A DNA stretch of 64,000 nucleotides from Chrysomallon squamiferum. Lineage: Eukaryota; Animalia; Mollusca. Positions 1 to 11,399 of this stretch are shown here, piece after piece (position 1 is the stretch's first letter; each line of letters opens with the position of its first letter). The stretch is from contig CM022666.1 of assembly GCA_012295275.1 (NCBI GenBank), positions 10,044,001 to 10,108,000 on the forward strand, in the 5' to 3' direction. The position numbers and the translations under genes were made by a program. The notes under the pieces were generated by a model that made no database searches, was not told the origin of the DNA, and saw only the letters and a list, made by a program, of their open reading frames with translations.

Positions 1-3000
1 GGTGTTAATGGATAATCATTAAATCTCATTTAAGTGATGTGATGCGTGTGTGTGTTTATTGTCAAGAGACGAATACCTCTCGCGACCGCTCGCTGTACGA
101 AACATTCAATGGTGTGCACACATAACAGACAGCATCGAATGCGATCTGTCCTCAAGCTGCTCTGTCAACGCTCTTAATGGATAATCATTACATCTCAATT
201 TATAAATGTGGTGCGTGTGTGTGTTTATTGACAACAGACGAATACCTCTCGCAACCGCTCGCACTACGAAACTTTCAATCGTCTGCAGTCATGAGACACA
301 GCATCGAATGCGTTCTGTTCTCAACCAGCTCTTTCAACGCTCTTAATGGATAATCATTAGATCTCATTTAAGTGATGTGGTACGTGTGTGTGTTTATTAA
401 CAACAGACGAATACCTCTCGCAACCGCTCGCCGTACGAAACACACAATCGTGTGCACACATAACAGACAGCATTGAATGCGTTCTGTCCTCAAGCAGCTC
501 TTTCATCGCTGTTAATGGTTAATCATTAGATCTGATTTAGACGATGTGGTGCGTGTGTGTGTTTATTGACAGGAGACGAATACCTCTCGCAACCGCTCGC
601 TGTACGAAACACTGAATCGTGTGCATACATAACAGACAGCATCGATTACGTTCTATCTTCAATCAGCTCTTTCAACGCTGTTAATAGATAATCATTAGAT
701 CTCATTTAAGTAATGTGGTGCGTGTGTGTGTTATTTCAGAAGAGACGGATACTTCTCGCCACGGCTCGCATTCCGAAACTTTCAATCGTATGCAGTAGTA
801 AAACACAGCATAGAGTTCGTACTATTCTCAAGCAGCTCTTTCATCGCTGTTAATGGATAATCATTAGATCTGATTTAAGTCATGTGGTGCGTGTGTGTGT
901 TTATTAAGAACAGACGAATACCTCTCGCAACCGCTCGCACTACGAAACCTTCAATCGTATGCAGTCGTAACACACAGCATAGAGGCGTACTGTTCTCAAG
1001 CAGCTGTTTCATCGCTGTTAATGGATAATCATTAGATCTCATTTAAGTAATGTGGTGCGTGTGTGTTATTTCAGAAGAGACGGATACTTCTGGCCACCGC
1101 TGGAACTCCGAAAGTTTCAATCGTATGCAGTCGTAACACACAGCATAAAGTGCGTTCCGTTCTCAAGCAGCTCTTTCATCGCTGTTAATAGATAATCATT
1201 AGATCTCATTTAAGTCATGTGGTGCGTGTGTGTGTTTATTGACAAGAGACGAATACCTCTCGCAACCGCTGGCTCTACGAAACACTCAATCGTGTGCACA
1301 CATAACAGACAGCATCGAATGCGTTCTGTCCTCAAGCAGCCCTTTCATCGCTGTTAATGGTTAATCATTAGATCTCATTTAAGTGATGTGGTGCGTGTGT
1401 GTGTTTAGTAACAAGAGACGGATACTTGTCGCAACCGCTCGCGCTCCGAAACTTTCAATCGTATGCAGTCATGAGACACAGCATCGAATGCGTTCGTTTC
1501 TCAACCAGCTCTTTCGTCGCTGTTAATGGATAATCATTAGATCTGATTTAAGTGATGTGGTGCGTGTGTGTGTTTATCGACAAGAGACGTATACCTCTCG
1601 CAACCGCTCGCTGTACGAAACATTCAATCGTATGCAGTCATAACACACAGCATCGAATGCGTTCTGTTCTCAAGCAGCTCTTTCATCGCTGTTAATGGAT
1701 AATCATTAGATCTGATTTAAGTCATGTGGTGCGTGTGTGTGTTTATTGACAAGAGACGAATACCTCTCGCAACCGCTGGCTCTACGAAACACTCAATCGT
1801 GTGCACACATAACAGACAGCATCGAATGCGTTCTGTCCTCAAGCAGCCCTTTCATCTCTGTTAATGGTTAATCATTAGATCTCATTTAAGTGATGTGGTG
1901 CGTGCGTGTGTTTAGTAACAAGAGACGGATACTTGTCGCAACCGCTCGCGCTCCGAAACTTTCAATCGTATGCAGTCATGAGACACAGCATCGAATGCGT
2001 TCGTTTCTCAACCAGCTCTTTCGTCGCTGTTAATGGATAATCATTAGATCTGATTTAAGTGATGTGGTGCGTGTGTGTGTTTATCGACAAGAGACGTATA
2101 CCTCTCGGAACCGCGCGCTGTACGAAACATTCAATCGTGTGCACACATAACACACAGCATCGAATGCGTTCTCTCCTCAAGCAGCTCTTTCATCGCTGTT
2201 AATGGTTAATCATTACATCTCATTTAATAAATGTGGTGCGTGTGTGTGTTTATTAACAAGAGACGGAAACTTCTCGCAACCGCTCGCACTCCGAAACTTT
2301 GAATTGTATGCAGTCGTAACACACAGCATTGAGTGCGTTCTGTTCTGAAGCAGCTCTTTCAACGGTGTTAATGGATAATCTTTAGATCTGATTTAAGTCA
2401 TGTGGTGCGTATGTGTGTTATTTGAAAAGAGACGAGTACCTCTCGCAACCGCTCGCACTACGAAACTTTCAATCGTATGCAGTCGTAAAACACAGCATAG
2501 AGTGCGTACTATTCTCAAGCAGCTCTTTCATCGCTGTTAATGGATAATCATTAGATCTGATTTAAGTCATGTGGTGCGTGTGTGTGTTTATTGACAACAG
2601 ACGAATACCTCTCGCAACCGCTCGCACTACGAAACTTTCAATCGTATGCAGTCGTAACACACAGCATCGAGTGCGTTCTATCCTCAAGCAGCTCTTTCAT
2701 CGCTGTTAATGGATAATCATTAGATCTGATTTAAGTAATGTGGTGCGTGTGTGTGTTTTTAAGAAGAGACGGATACTTCTCGCAACCGCTCGCACTACGA
2801 AACTTTCAATCGTATGCAGTCGTAACACACAGCATTGAGTGCGTTCTGTTCTCAAGCAGCTCTTTCATCGCTGTTAATGGATAATCATTAGATCTGATTT
2901 AAGTGATGTGGTGTGCGTGTGTGTGTTTATTGACAAGAGACGAATACCTCTCGCAACCGCTCGCTGTACGAAACATTCAATCGTGTGCTCACATAACACA

Positions 3001-6000
3001 CAGCATCGAATGCGTTCTGTGCTCAAGCAGCTCTTTCATCGCTGTTAATGGTTAATCATTACATCTGATTTAAGTGATGTGGTGCGTGTGTGTGTTTATT
3101 GACAAGAGACGTATACCTCTCGCAACCGCTCGCACTACGAAACTTTCAATCGTCTGCAGTCATGAGACACAGCATCGAATGCGTTCTGTTCTCAACCAGC
3201 TCTTTCATCGCTGTTAATGGATAATCATTAGATCTGATTTAAGTGATGTGGTGCGTGTGTGTGTTTATTGACAAGAGACGAATACCTCTCGCAACCGCTC
3301 GCTGTACGAAACATTCAATCGTGTGCACACATAACACACAGCATCGAATGCGTTCTGTCCTCAAGCAGCTCTTTCATCGCTGTTAGTGGTTAATCATTAC
3401 ATCTCATTTAATAAATGTGGTGCGTGTGTGTGTTTATTAACAAGAGACGGAAACTTCTCGCAACCGCTCGCACTCCGAAACTTTGAATTGTATGCAGTCG
3501 TAACACACAGCATTGAGTGCGTTCTGTTCTGAAGCAGCTCTTTCAACGGTGTTAATGGATAATCTTTAGATCTGATTTAAGTCATGTGGTGCGTGTGTGT
3601 GTTATTTGAGAAGAGACGAGTACCTCTCGCAACCGCTCGCACTACGAAACATTGAATCGTATGCAGTCGTAACACACAGCATAGAGTCCGTTCCGTTCTC
3701 AAGCAGCTCTTTCATCGGTGTTAATGGATAATCATTAGATCTCATTTAAGTGATGTGATGCGTGTGTGTGTTTATTGTCAAGAGACGAATACCTCTCGCG
3801 ACCGCTCGCTGTACGAAACATTCAATCGTGTGCACACATAACAGACAGCATCGAATGCGTTCTGTCCTCAAGCAGCTCTTTCAACGCTCTTAATGGATAA
3901 TCATTACATCTCATTTAATAAATGTGGTGCGTGTGTGTGTTTATTGACAAGAGACGAATACCTCTCGCAACCGCTCGCACTACGAAACTTTCAATCGTCT
4001 GCAGTCATGAGACACAGCATCGAATGCGTTCTGTTCTCAACCAGCTCTTTCAACGCTCTTAATGGATAATCATTAGATCTCATTTAAGTGATGTGGTGCG
4101 TGTGTGTGTTTATTAACAACAGACGAATACCTCTCGCAACCGCTCGCGGTACGAAACACACAATCGTGTGCACACATAACAGACAGCATCGAATGCGTTC
4201 TGTCCTCAAGCAGCTCTTTCATCGCTGTTAATGGTTAATCATTAGATCTGATTTAGACGATGTGGTGCGTGTGTGTGTTTATTGACAAGAGACGAATACC
4301 TCTCGCAACCGCTCGCTGTACGAAACACTGAATCGTGTGCATACATAACAGACAGCATCGATTGCGTTCTATCTTCAATCAGCTCTTTCAACGCTGTTAA
4401 TAGATAATCATTAGATCTCATTTAAGTAATGTGGTGCGTGTGTGTGTTATTTCAGAAGAGACGGATACTTCTCGCCACGGCTCGCACTCTGAAACTTTCA
4501 ATCGTATGCAGTCGTAAAACACAGCATAGAGTGCGTACTATTCTCAAGCAGCTCTTTCATCGCTGTTAATGGATAATCATTAGATCTGATTTAAGTCATG
4601 TGGTGCGTGTGTGTGTTTATTAAGAACAGACGAATACCTCTCGCAACCGCTCGCACTACGAAACTTTCAATCGTATGCAGTCGTAACACACAGCATAGAG
4701 GCGTACTGTTCTCAAGCAGCTGTTTCATCGCTGTTAATGGATAATCATTAGATCTCATTTAAGTGATGTGGTGCGTGCGTGTGTTTAGTTACAAGAGACG
4801 GATACTTGTCGCAACCGCTCGCGCTCCGAAACTTTCAATCGTATGCAGTCATGAGACACAGCATCGAATGCGTTCTGTTCTCAACAGCTCTTTCATCGCT
4901 GTTAATGGATAATCATTAGATCTGATTTAAGTCATGTGGTGCGTGTGTGTGTTTATTGACAAGAGACGAATACCTCTCGCAACCGCTCGCTGTACGAAAC
5001 ATTCAATCGTGTGCACACATAACACACAGCATCGAATGCGTTCTGTCCTCAAGCAGCTCTTTCATCGCTGTTAATGGTTAATCATTACATCTCATTTAAT
5101 AAATGTGGTGCGTGTGTGTGTTTATTAACAAGAGACGGAAACTTCTCGCAACCGCTCGCACTCCGAAACTTTGAATTGTATGCAGTCGTAACACACAGCA
5201 TTGAGTGCGTTCTGTTCTGAAGCAGCTCTTTCAACGGTGTTAATGGATAATCTTTAGATCTGATTTAAGTCATGTGGTGCGTGTGTGTGTTATTTGAGAA
5301 GAGACGAGTACCTCTCGCAACCGCTCGCACTACGAAACTTTGAATCGTATGCAGTCGTAACACACAGCATAGAGTCCGTTCTGTTCTCAAGCAGCTCTTT
5401 CATCGGTGTTAATGGATAATCATTAGATCTCATTTAAGTGATGTGATGCGTGTGTGTGTTTATTGTCAAGAGACGAATACCTCTCGCGACCGCTCGCTGT
5501 ACGAAACATTCAATGGTGTGCACACATAACAGACAGCATCGAATGCGATCTGTCCTCAAGCTGCTCTTTCAACGCTCTTAATGGATAATCATTACATCTC
5601 AATTTATAAATGTGGTGCGTGTGTGTGTTTATTGACAACAGACGAATACCTCTCGCAACCGCTCGCACTACGAAACTTTCAATCGTCTGCAGTCATGAGA
5701 CACAGCATCGAATGCGTTCTGTTCTCAACCAGCTCTTTCAACGCTCTTAATGGATAATCATTAGATCTCATTTAAGTGATGTGGTGCGTGTGTGTGTTTA
5801 TTAACAACAGACGAATACCTCTCGCAACCGCTCGCGGTACGAAACACACAATCGTGTGCACACATAACAGACAGCATCGAATGCGTTCTGTCCTCAAGCA
5901 GCTCTTTCATCGCTGTTAATGGTTAATCATTAGATCTGATTTAGACGATGTGGTGCGTGTGTGTGTTTATTGACAGGAGACGAATACCTCTCGCAACCGC

Positions 6001-9000
6001 TCGCTGTACGAAACACTGAATCGTGTGCATACATAACAGACAGCATCGATTGCGTTCTATCTTCAATCAGCTCTTTCAACGCTGTTAATAGATAATCATT
6101 AGATCTCATTTAAGTAATGTGGTGCGTGTGTGTGTTATTTCAGAAGAGACGGATACTTCTCGCCACGGCTCGCACTCTGAAACTTTCAATCGTATGCAGT
6201 CGTAAAACACAGCATAGAGTGCGTACTATTCTCAAGCAGCTCTTTCATCGCTGTTAATGGATAATCATTAGATCTGATTTAAGTCATGTGGTGCGTGTGT
6301 GTGTTTATTAAGAACAGACGAATACCTCTCGCAACCGCTCGCACTACGAAACTTTCAATCGTATGCAGTCGTAACACACAGCATAGAGGCGTACTGTTCT
6401 CAAGCAGCTGTTTCATCGCTGTTAATGGATAATCATTAGATCTCATTTAAGTAATGTGGTGCGTGTGTGTGTTATTTCAGAAGAGACGGATACTTCTGGC
6501 CACCGCTGGAACTCCGAAAGTTTCAATCGTATGCAGTCGTAACACACAGCATAAAGTGCGTTCCGTTCTCAAGCAGCTCTTTCATCGCTGTTAATGGATA
6601 ATCATTAGATCTCATTTAAGTCATGTGGTGCGTGTGTGTGTTTATTGACAAGAGACGAATACCTCTCGCAACCGCTGGCTCTACGAAACACTCAATCGTG
6701 TGCACACATAACAGACAGCATCGAATGCGTTCTGTCCTCAAGCAGCCCTTTCATCGCTGTTAATGGTTAATCATTAGATCTCATTTAAGAAATGTGGTGC
6801 GTGTGTGTGTTTATTAACAAGAGACGGAAACTTCTCGCAACCGCTCGCACTCCGAAACTTTGAATTGTATGCAGTCGTAACACACAGCATCGAATGCGTT
6901 CTGTTCTCAAGCAGCTCTTTCAACGCTGTTAATGGATAATCATTAGATCTGATTTAAGTCATGTGGTGCGTGTGTGTGTTATTTGAGAAGAGACGAGTAC
7001 CTCTCGCAACCGCTCGCACTACGAAACTTTGAATCGTATGCAGTCGTAACACACAGCATAGAGTCCGTTCTGTTCTCAAGCAGCTCTTTCATCGGTGTTA
7101 ATGGATAATCATTAGATCTCATTTAAGTCATGTGGTGCGTGTGTGTGTTTATTGTCAAGAGACGAATACCTCTCGCGACCGCTCGCTGTACGAAACATTC
7201 AATGATGTGCACACATAACAGACAGCATCGAATGCGATCTGTCCTCAAGCTGCTCTTTCAACGCTCTTAATGGATAATCATTACATCTCAATTTATAAAT
7301 GTGGTGCGTGTGTGTGTTTATTGACAACAGGCGAATACCTCTCGCAACCGCTCGCACTACGAAACTTTCAATCGTCTGCAGTCATGAGACACAGCATCGA
7401 ATGCGTTCTGTTCTCAACCAGCTCTTTCAACGCTCTTAATGGATAATCATTAGATCTCATTTAAGTGATGTGGTGCGTGTGTGTGTTTATTAACAACAGA
7501 CGAATACCTCTCGCAACCGCTCGCGGTACGAAACACACAATCGTGTGCACACATAACAGACAGCATCGAATGCGTTCTGTCCTCAAGCAGCTCTTTCATC
7601 GCTGTTAATGGTTAATCATTAGATCTGATTTAGACGATGTGGTGCGTGTGTGTGTTTATTGACAGGAGACGAATACCTCTCGCAACCGCTCGCTGTACGA
7701 AACACTGAATCGTGTGCATACATAACAGACAGCATCGATTGCGTTCTATCTTCAATCAGCTCTTTCAACGCTGTTAATAGATAATCATTAGATCTCATTT
7801 AAGTAATGTGGTGCGTGTGTGTTTATTTCAGAAGAGACGGATACTTCTCGCCACGGCTCGCACTCTGAAACTTTCAATCGTATGCAGTCGTAAAACACAG
7901 CATAGAGTGCGTACTATTCTCAAGCAGCTCTTTCATCGCTGTTAATGGATAATCATTAGATCTGATTTAAGTCATGTGGTGCGTGTGTGTGTTTATTAAG
8001 AACAGACGAATACCTCTCGCAACCGCTCGCACTACGAAACTTTCAATCGTATGCAGTCGTAACACACAGCATAGAGGCGTACTGTTCTCAAGCAGCTGTT
8101 TCATCGCTGTTAATGGATAATCATTAGATCTCATTTAAGTAATGTGGTGCGTGTGTGTGTTATTTCAGAAGAGACGGATACTTCTGGCCACCGCTGGAAC
8201 TCCGAAAGTTTCAATCGTATGCAGTCGTAACACACAGCATAAAGTGCGTTCCGTTCTCAAGCAGCTCTTTCATCGCTGTTAATGGATAATCATTAGATCT
8301 CATTTAAGTCATGTGGTGCGTGTGTGTGTTTAGTAACAAGAGACGGATACTTGTCGCAACCGCTCGCGCTCCGAAACTTTCAATCGTATGCAGTCATGAG
8401 ACACAGCATCGAATGCGTTCTGTCCTCAAGCAGCTCTTTCATCGCTGTTAATGGTTAATCATTACATCTCATTTAATAAATGTGGTGCGTGTGTGTGTTT
8501 ATTAACAAGAGACGGAAACTTCTCGCAACCGCTCGCACTCCGAAACTTTGAATTGTATGCAGTCGTAACACACAGCATTGAGTGCGTTCTGTTCTGAAGC
8601 AGCTCTTTCAACGGTGTTAATGGATAATCTTTAGATCTGATTTAAGTCATGTGGTGCGTGTGTGTGTTATTTGAGAAGAGACGAGTACCTCTCGCAACCG
8701 CTCGCACTACGAAACTTTGAATCGTATGCAGTCGTAACACACAGCATAGAGTCCGTTCCGTTCTCAAGCAGCTCTTTCATCGGTGTTAATGGATAATCAT
8801 TAGATCTCATTTAAGTGATGTGATGCGTGTGTGTGTTTATTGTCAAGAGACGAATACCTCTCGCGACCGCTCGCTGTACGAAACATTCAATGATGTGCAC
8901 ACATAACAGACAGCATCGAATGCGATCTGTCCTCAAGCTGCTCTTTCAACGCTCTTAATGGATAATCATTACATCTCAATTTATAAATGTGGTGCGTGTG

Positions 9001-9969
9001 TGTGTTTATTGACAACAGACGAATACCTCTCGCAACCGCTCGCACTACGAAACTTTCAATCGTCTGCAGTCATGAGACACAGCATCGAATGCGTTCTGTT
9101 CTCAACCAGCTCTTTCAACGCTCTTAATGGATAATCATTAGATCTCATTTAAGTGATGTGGTGCGTGTGTGTGTTTATTAACAACAGACGAATACCTCTC
9201 GCAACCGCTCGCGGTACGAAACACACAATCGTGTGCACACATAACAGACAGCATCGAATGCGTTCTGTCCTCAAGCAGCTCTTTCATCGCTGTTAATGGT
9301 TAATCATTAGATCTGATTTAGACGATGTGGTGCGTGTGTGTGTTTATTGACAGGAGACGAATACCTCTCGCAACCGCTCGCTGTACGAAACACTGAATCG
9401 TGTGCATACATAACAGACAGCATCGATTGCGTTCTATCTTCAATCAGCTCTTTCAACGCTGTTAATAGATAATCATTAGATCTCATTTAAGTAATGTGGT
9501 GCGTGTGTGTGTTATTTCAGAAGAGACGGATACTTCTCGCCACGGCTCGCACTCTGAAACTTTCAATCGTATGCAGTCGTAAAACACAGCATAGAGTGCG
9601 TACTATTCTCAAGCAGCTCTTTCATCGCTGTTAATGGATAATCATTAGATCTGATTTAAGTCATGTGGTGCGTGTGTGTGTTTATTAAGAACAGACGAAT
9701 ACCTCTCGCAACCGCTCGCACTACGAAACTTTCAATCGTATGCAGTCGTAACACACAGCATAGAGGCGTACTGTTCTCAAGCAGCTGTTTCATCGCTGTT
9801 AATGGATAATCATTAGATCTCATTTAAGTAATGTGGTGCGTGTGTGTGTTATTTCAGAAGAGACGGATACTTCTGGCCACCGCTGGAACTCCGAAAGTTT
9901 CAATCGTATGCAGTCGTAACACACAGCATAAAGTGCGTTCCGTTCTCAAGCAGCTCTTTCATCGCTGTT
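1..9969. repeat. Tandem satellite array, 169-bp monomer (~59 copies), with higher-order repeat structure
   Basis: The landmark TTAATGG recurs at 5, 174, 343 and 512 (169-bp spacing) and continues to the gap. Each monomer contains AATCATTAGATCT, GTGGTGCGTGTGTGTG, CTCGCAACCGCTCG, CGAAAC and CAAGCAGCTC-like blocks. One hand-counted monomer (~3215-3383) is ~44% GC with 10 CpG. Confidence 0.98.
3721..8785. repeat. Three consecutive ~1689-bp 10-mer HOR units of the 169-bp satellite
   Basis: The diagnostic monomer (TTGTCAAG...CGCGACC) starts at 3721, 5409, 7098 and 8786, giving spacings of 1688, 1689 and 1688. The order of diagnostic variants is conserved except at HOR positions 7-8. Confidence 0.9.
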
Positions 9970-10169
9970 NNNNNNNNNNNNNNNNNNNNNNNNNNNNNNN
10001 NNNNNNNNNNNNNNNNNNNNNNNNNNNNNNNNNNNNNNNNNNNNNNNNNNNNNNNNNNNNNNNNNNNNNNNNNNNNNNNNNNNNNNNNNNNNNNNNNNNN
10101 NNNNNNNNNNNNNNNNNNNNNNNNNNNNNNNNNNNNNNNNNNNNNNNNNNNNNNNNNNNNNNNNNNNNN
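9970..10169. other. Assembly gap, 200 N
   Basis: Exactly 200 consecutive N, consistent with a fixed-size scaffolding placeholder. Confidence 0.99.
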
Positions 10170-11399
10170 CAAAGAAGCAGAAGTAACTAGAGTAAATCAG
10201 AATGGAAGTCAGTACATTTACAATTATGTGAGTAAGAATGTAAGTAACTACTTAACTAATGTCATAAGTTAGCAAGGGAGCCAGTAAGTTAGTAAATAGT
10301 AACCTAAGTAACTACATTAACAATGATCTAACTAAGAAACAAAGTAAGTAAGTACGTAAATAGTGATCTAAGATGGCAAGGAAGCGAGCAACTAAGAGAA
10401 AATGCAAATTTGTACATTAACAATTATCTAAGTAAGAACGTAATTAAGTACGTAAATAATGACATAAGTAAGCAAGGATGCAAGTTACTAAGTTAGTGAG
10501 AATGCAAGTTAGTACGTTAACAATTATCTAAGTAAGAAATAAATTTAGTACTTACGTAAATAGTGAGCTAAATAAGGAAGGAAACAAGTAACTAAGTAAG
10601 TGAGAATGCTAGTCATTACATTAACAATTATGTGAGTAAGAATGTGAGTAAGTGTTTAACTAGTGACCTAAGTTAGCGAGGAAGAGAATAAGTAAGTAAA
10701 TAGTAACCTAAGTAAGTACATTAACAATTATCTAACTAAGAAATAAATTAAGTACGTAAGTAAATAATGACATAAGTAAGCAAGTATGCAAGTTTCTAAG
10801 TAAGTGAGAATGCAAGTAAGTACATTAACAATTATCTAAGTAATAAATAAATTAAGTAATTACGTAAATAGTGACCTAAGTAAGCAAGGAAGCAAGTAAC
10901 TAAGTAAATCAGAATGGAAGTCAGTACATTTACAATTATGTGAGTAAGAATGTAAGTAACTACTTAACTAATGTCATAAGTTAGCAAGGGAGCCAGTAAG
11001 TTAGTAAATAGTAACCTAAGTAACTACATTAACAATGATCTAACTAAGAAACAAAGTAAAAAAAAGTACGTAAATAGTGATCTAAGATGGCAAGGAAGCG
11101 AGCAACTAAGAGAAAAATGCAAATTTGTACATTAACAATTATCTAAGTAAGAACGTAATTAAGTACGTAAATAATGACCTAAGTAAGCAAGGATGCAAGT
11201 TACTAAGTTAGTGAGAATGCAAGTTAGTACGTTAACAATTATCTAAGTAAGAAATAAATTTAGTACTTACGTAAATAGTGAGCTAAATAAGGAAGGAAAC
11301 AAGTAACTAAGTAAGTGAGAATGCTAGTCATTACATTAACAATTATGTGAGTAAGAATGTGAGTAAGTGTTTAACTAGTGACCTAAGTTAGCGAGGAAG

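Noticed and set aside
1-9969. Primate alpha satellite / CENP-B box
   Set aside because: The length is similar (169 versus 171 bp), but there is no recognisable alphoid sequence and no TTCG-N4-A-N2-CGGG motif was found on either strand.
1-9969. Satellite-encoded hammerhead ribozyme
   Set aside because: CGAAAC occurs in most monomers, but no CTGAnGA core with the required stems was seen on either strand. An Infernal/Rfam search would be definitive.
1-9969. tRNA, 5S or spliced-leader RNA gene tandem array
   Set aside because: No recognisable A/B boxes, cloverleaf, 5S or SL motifs, and variation is spread across the whole monomer.
9831-10272. Three ORFs overlapping the first gap
   Set aside because: They are open only because the N run has no stop codons, and the flanks are satellite sequence.
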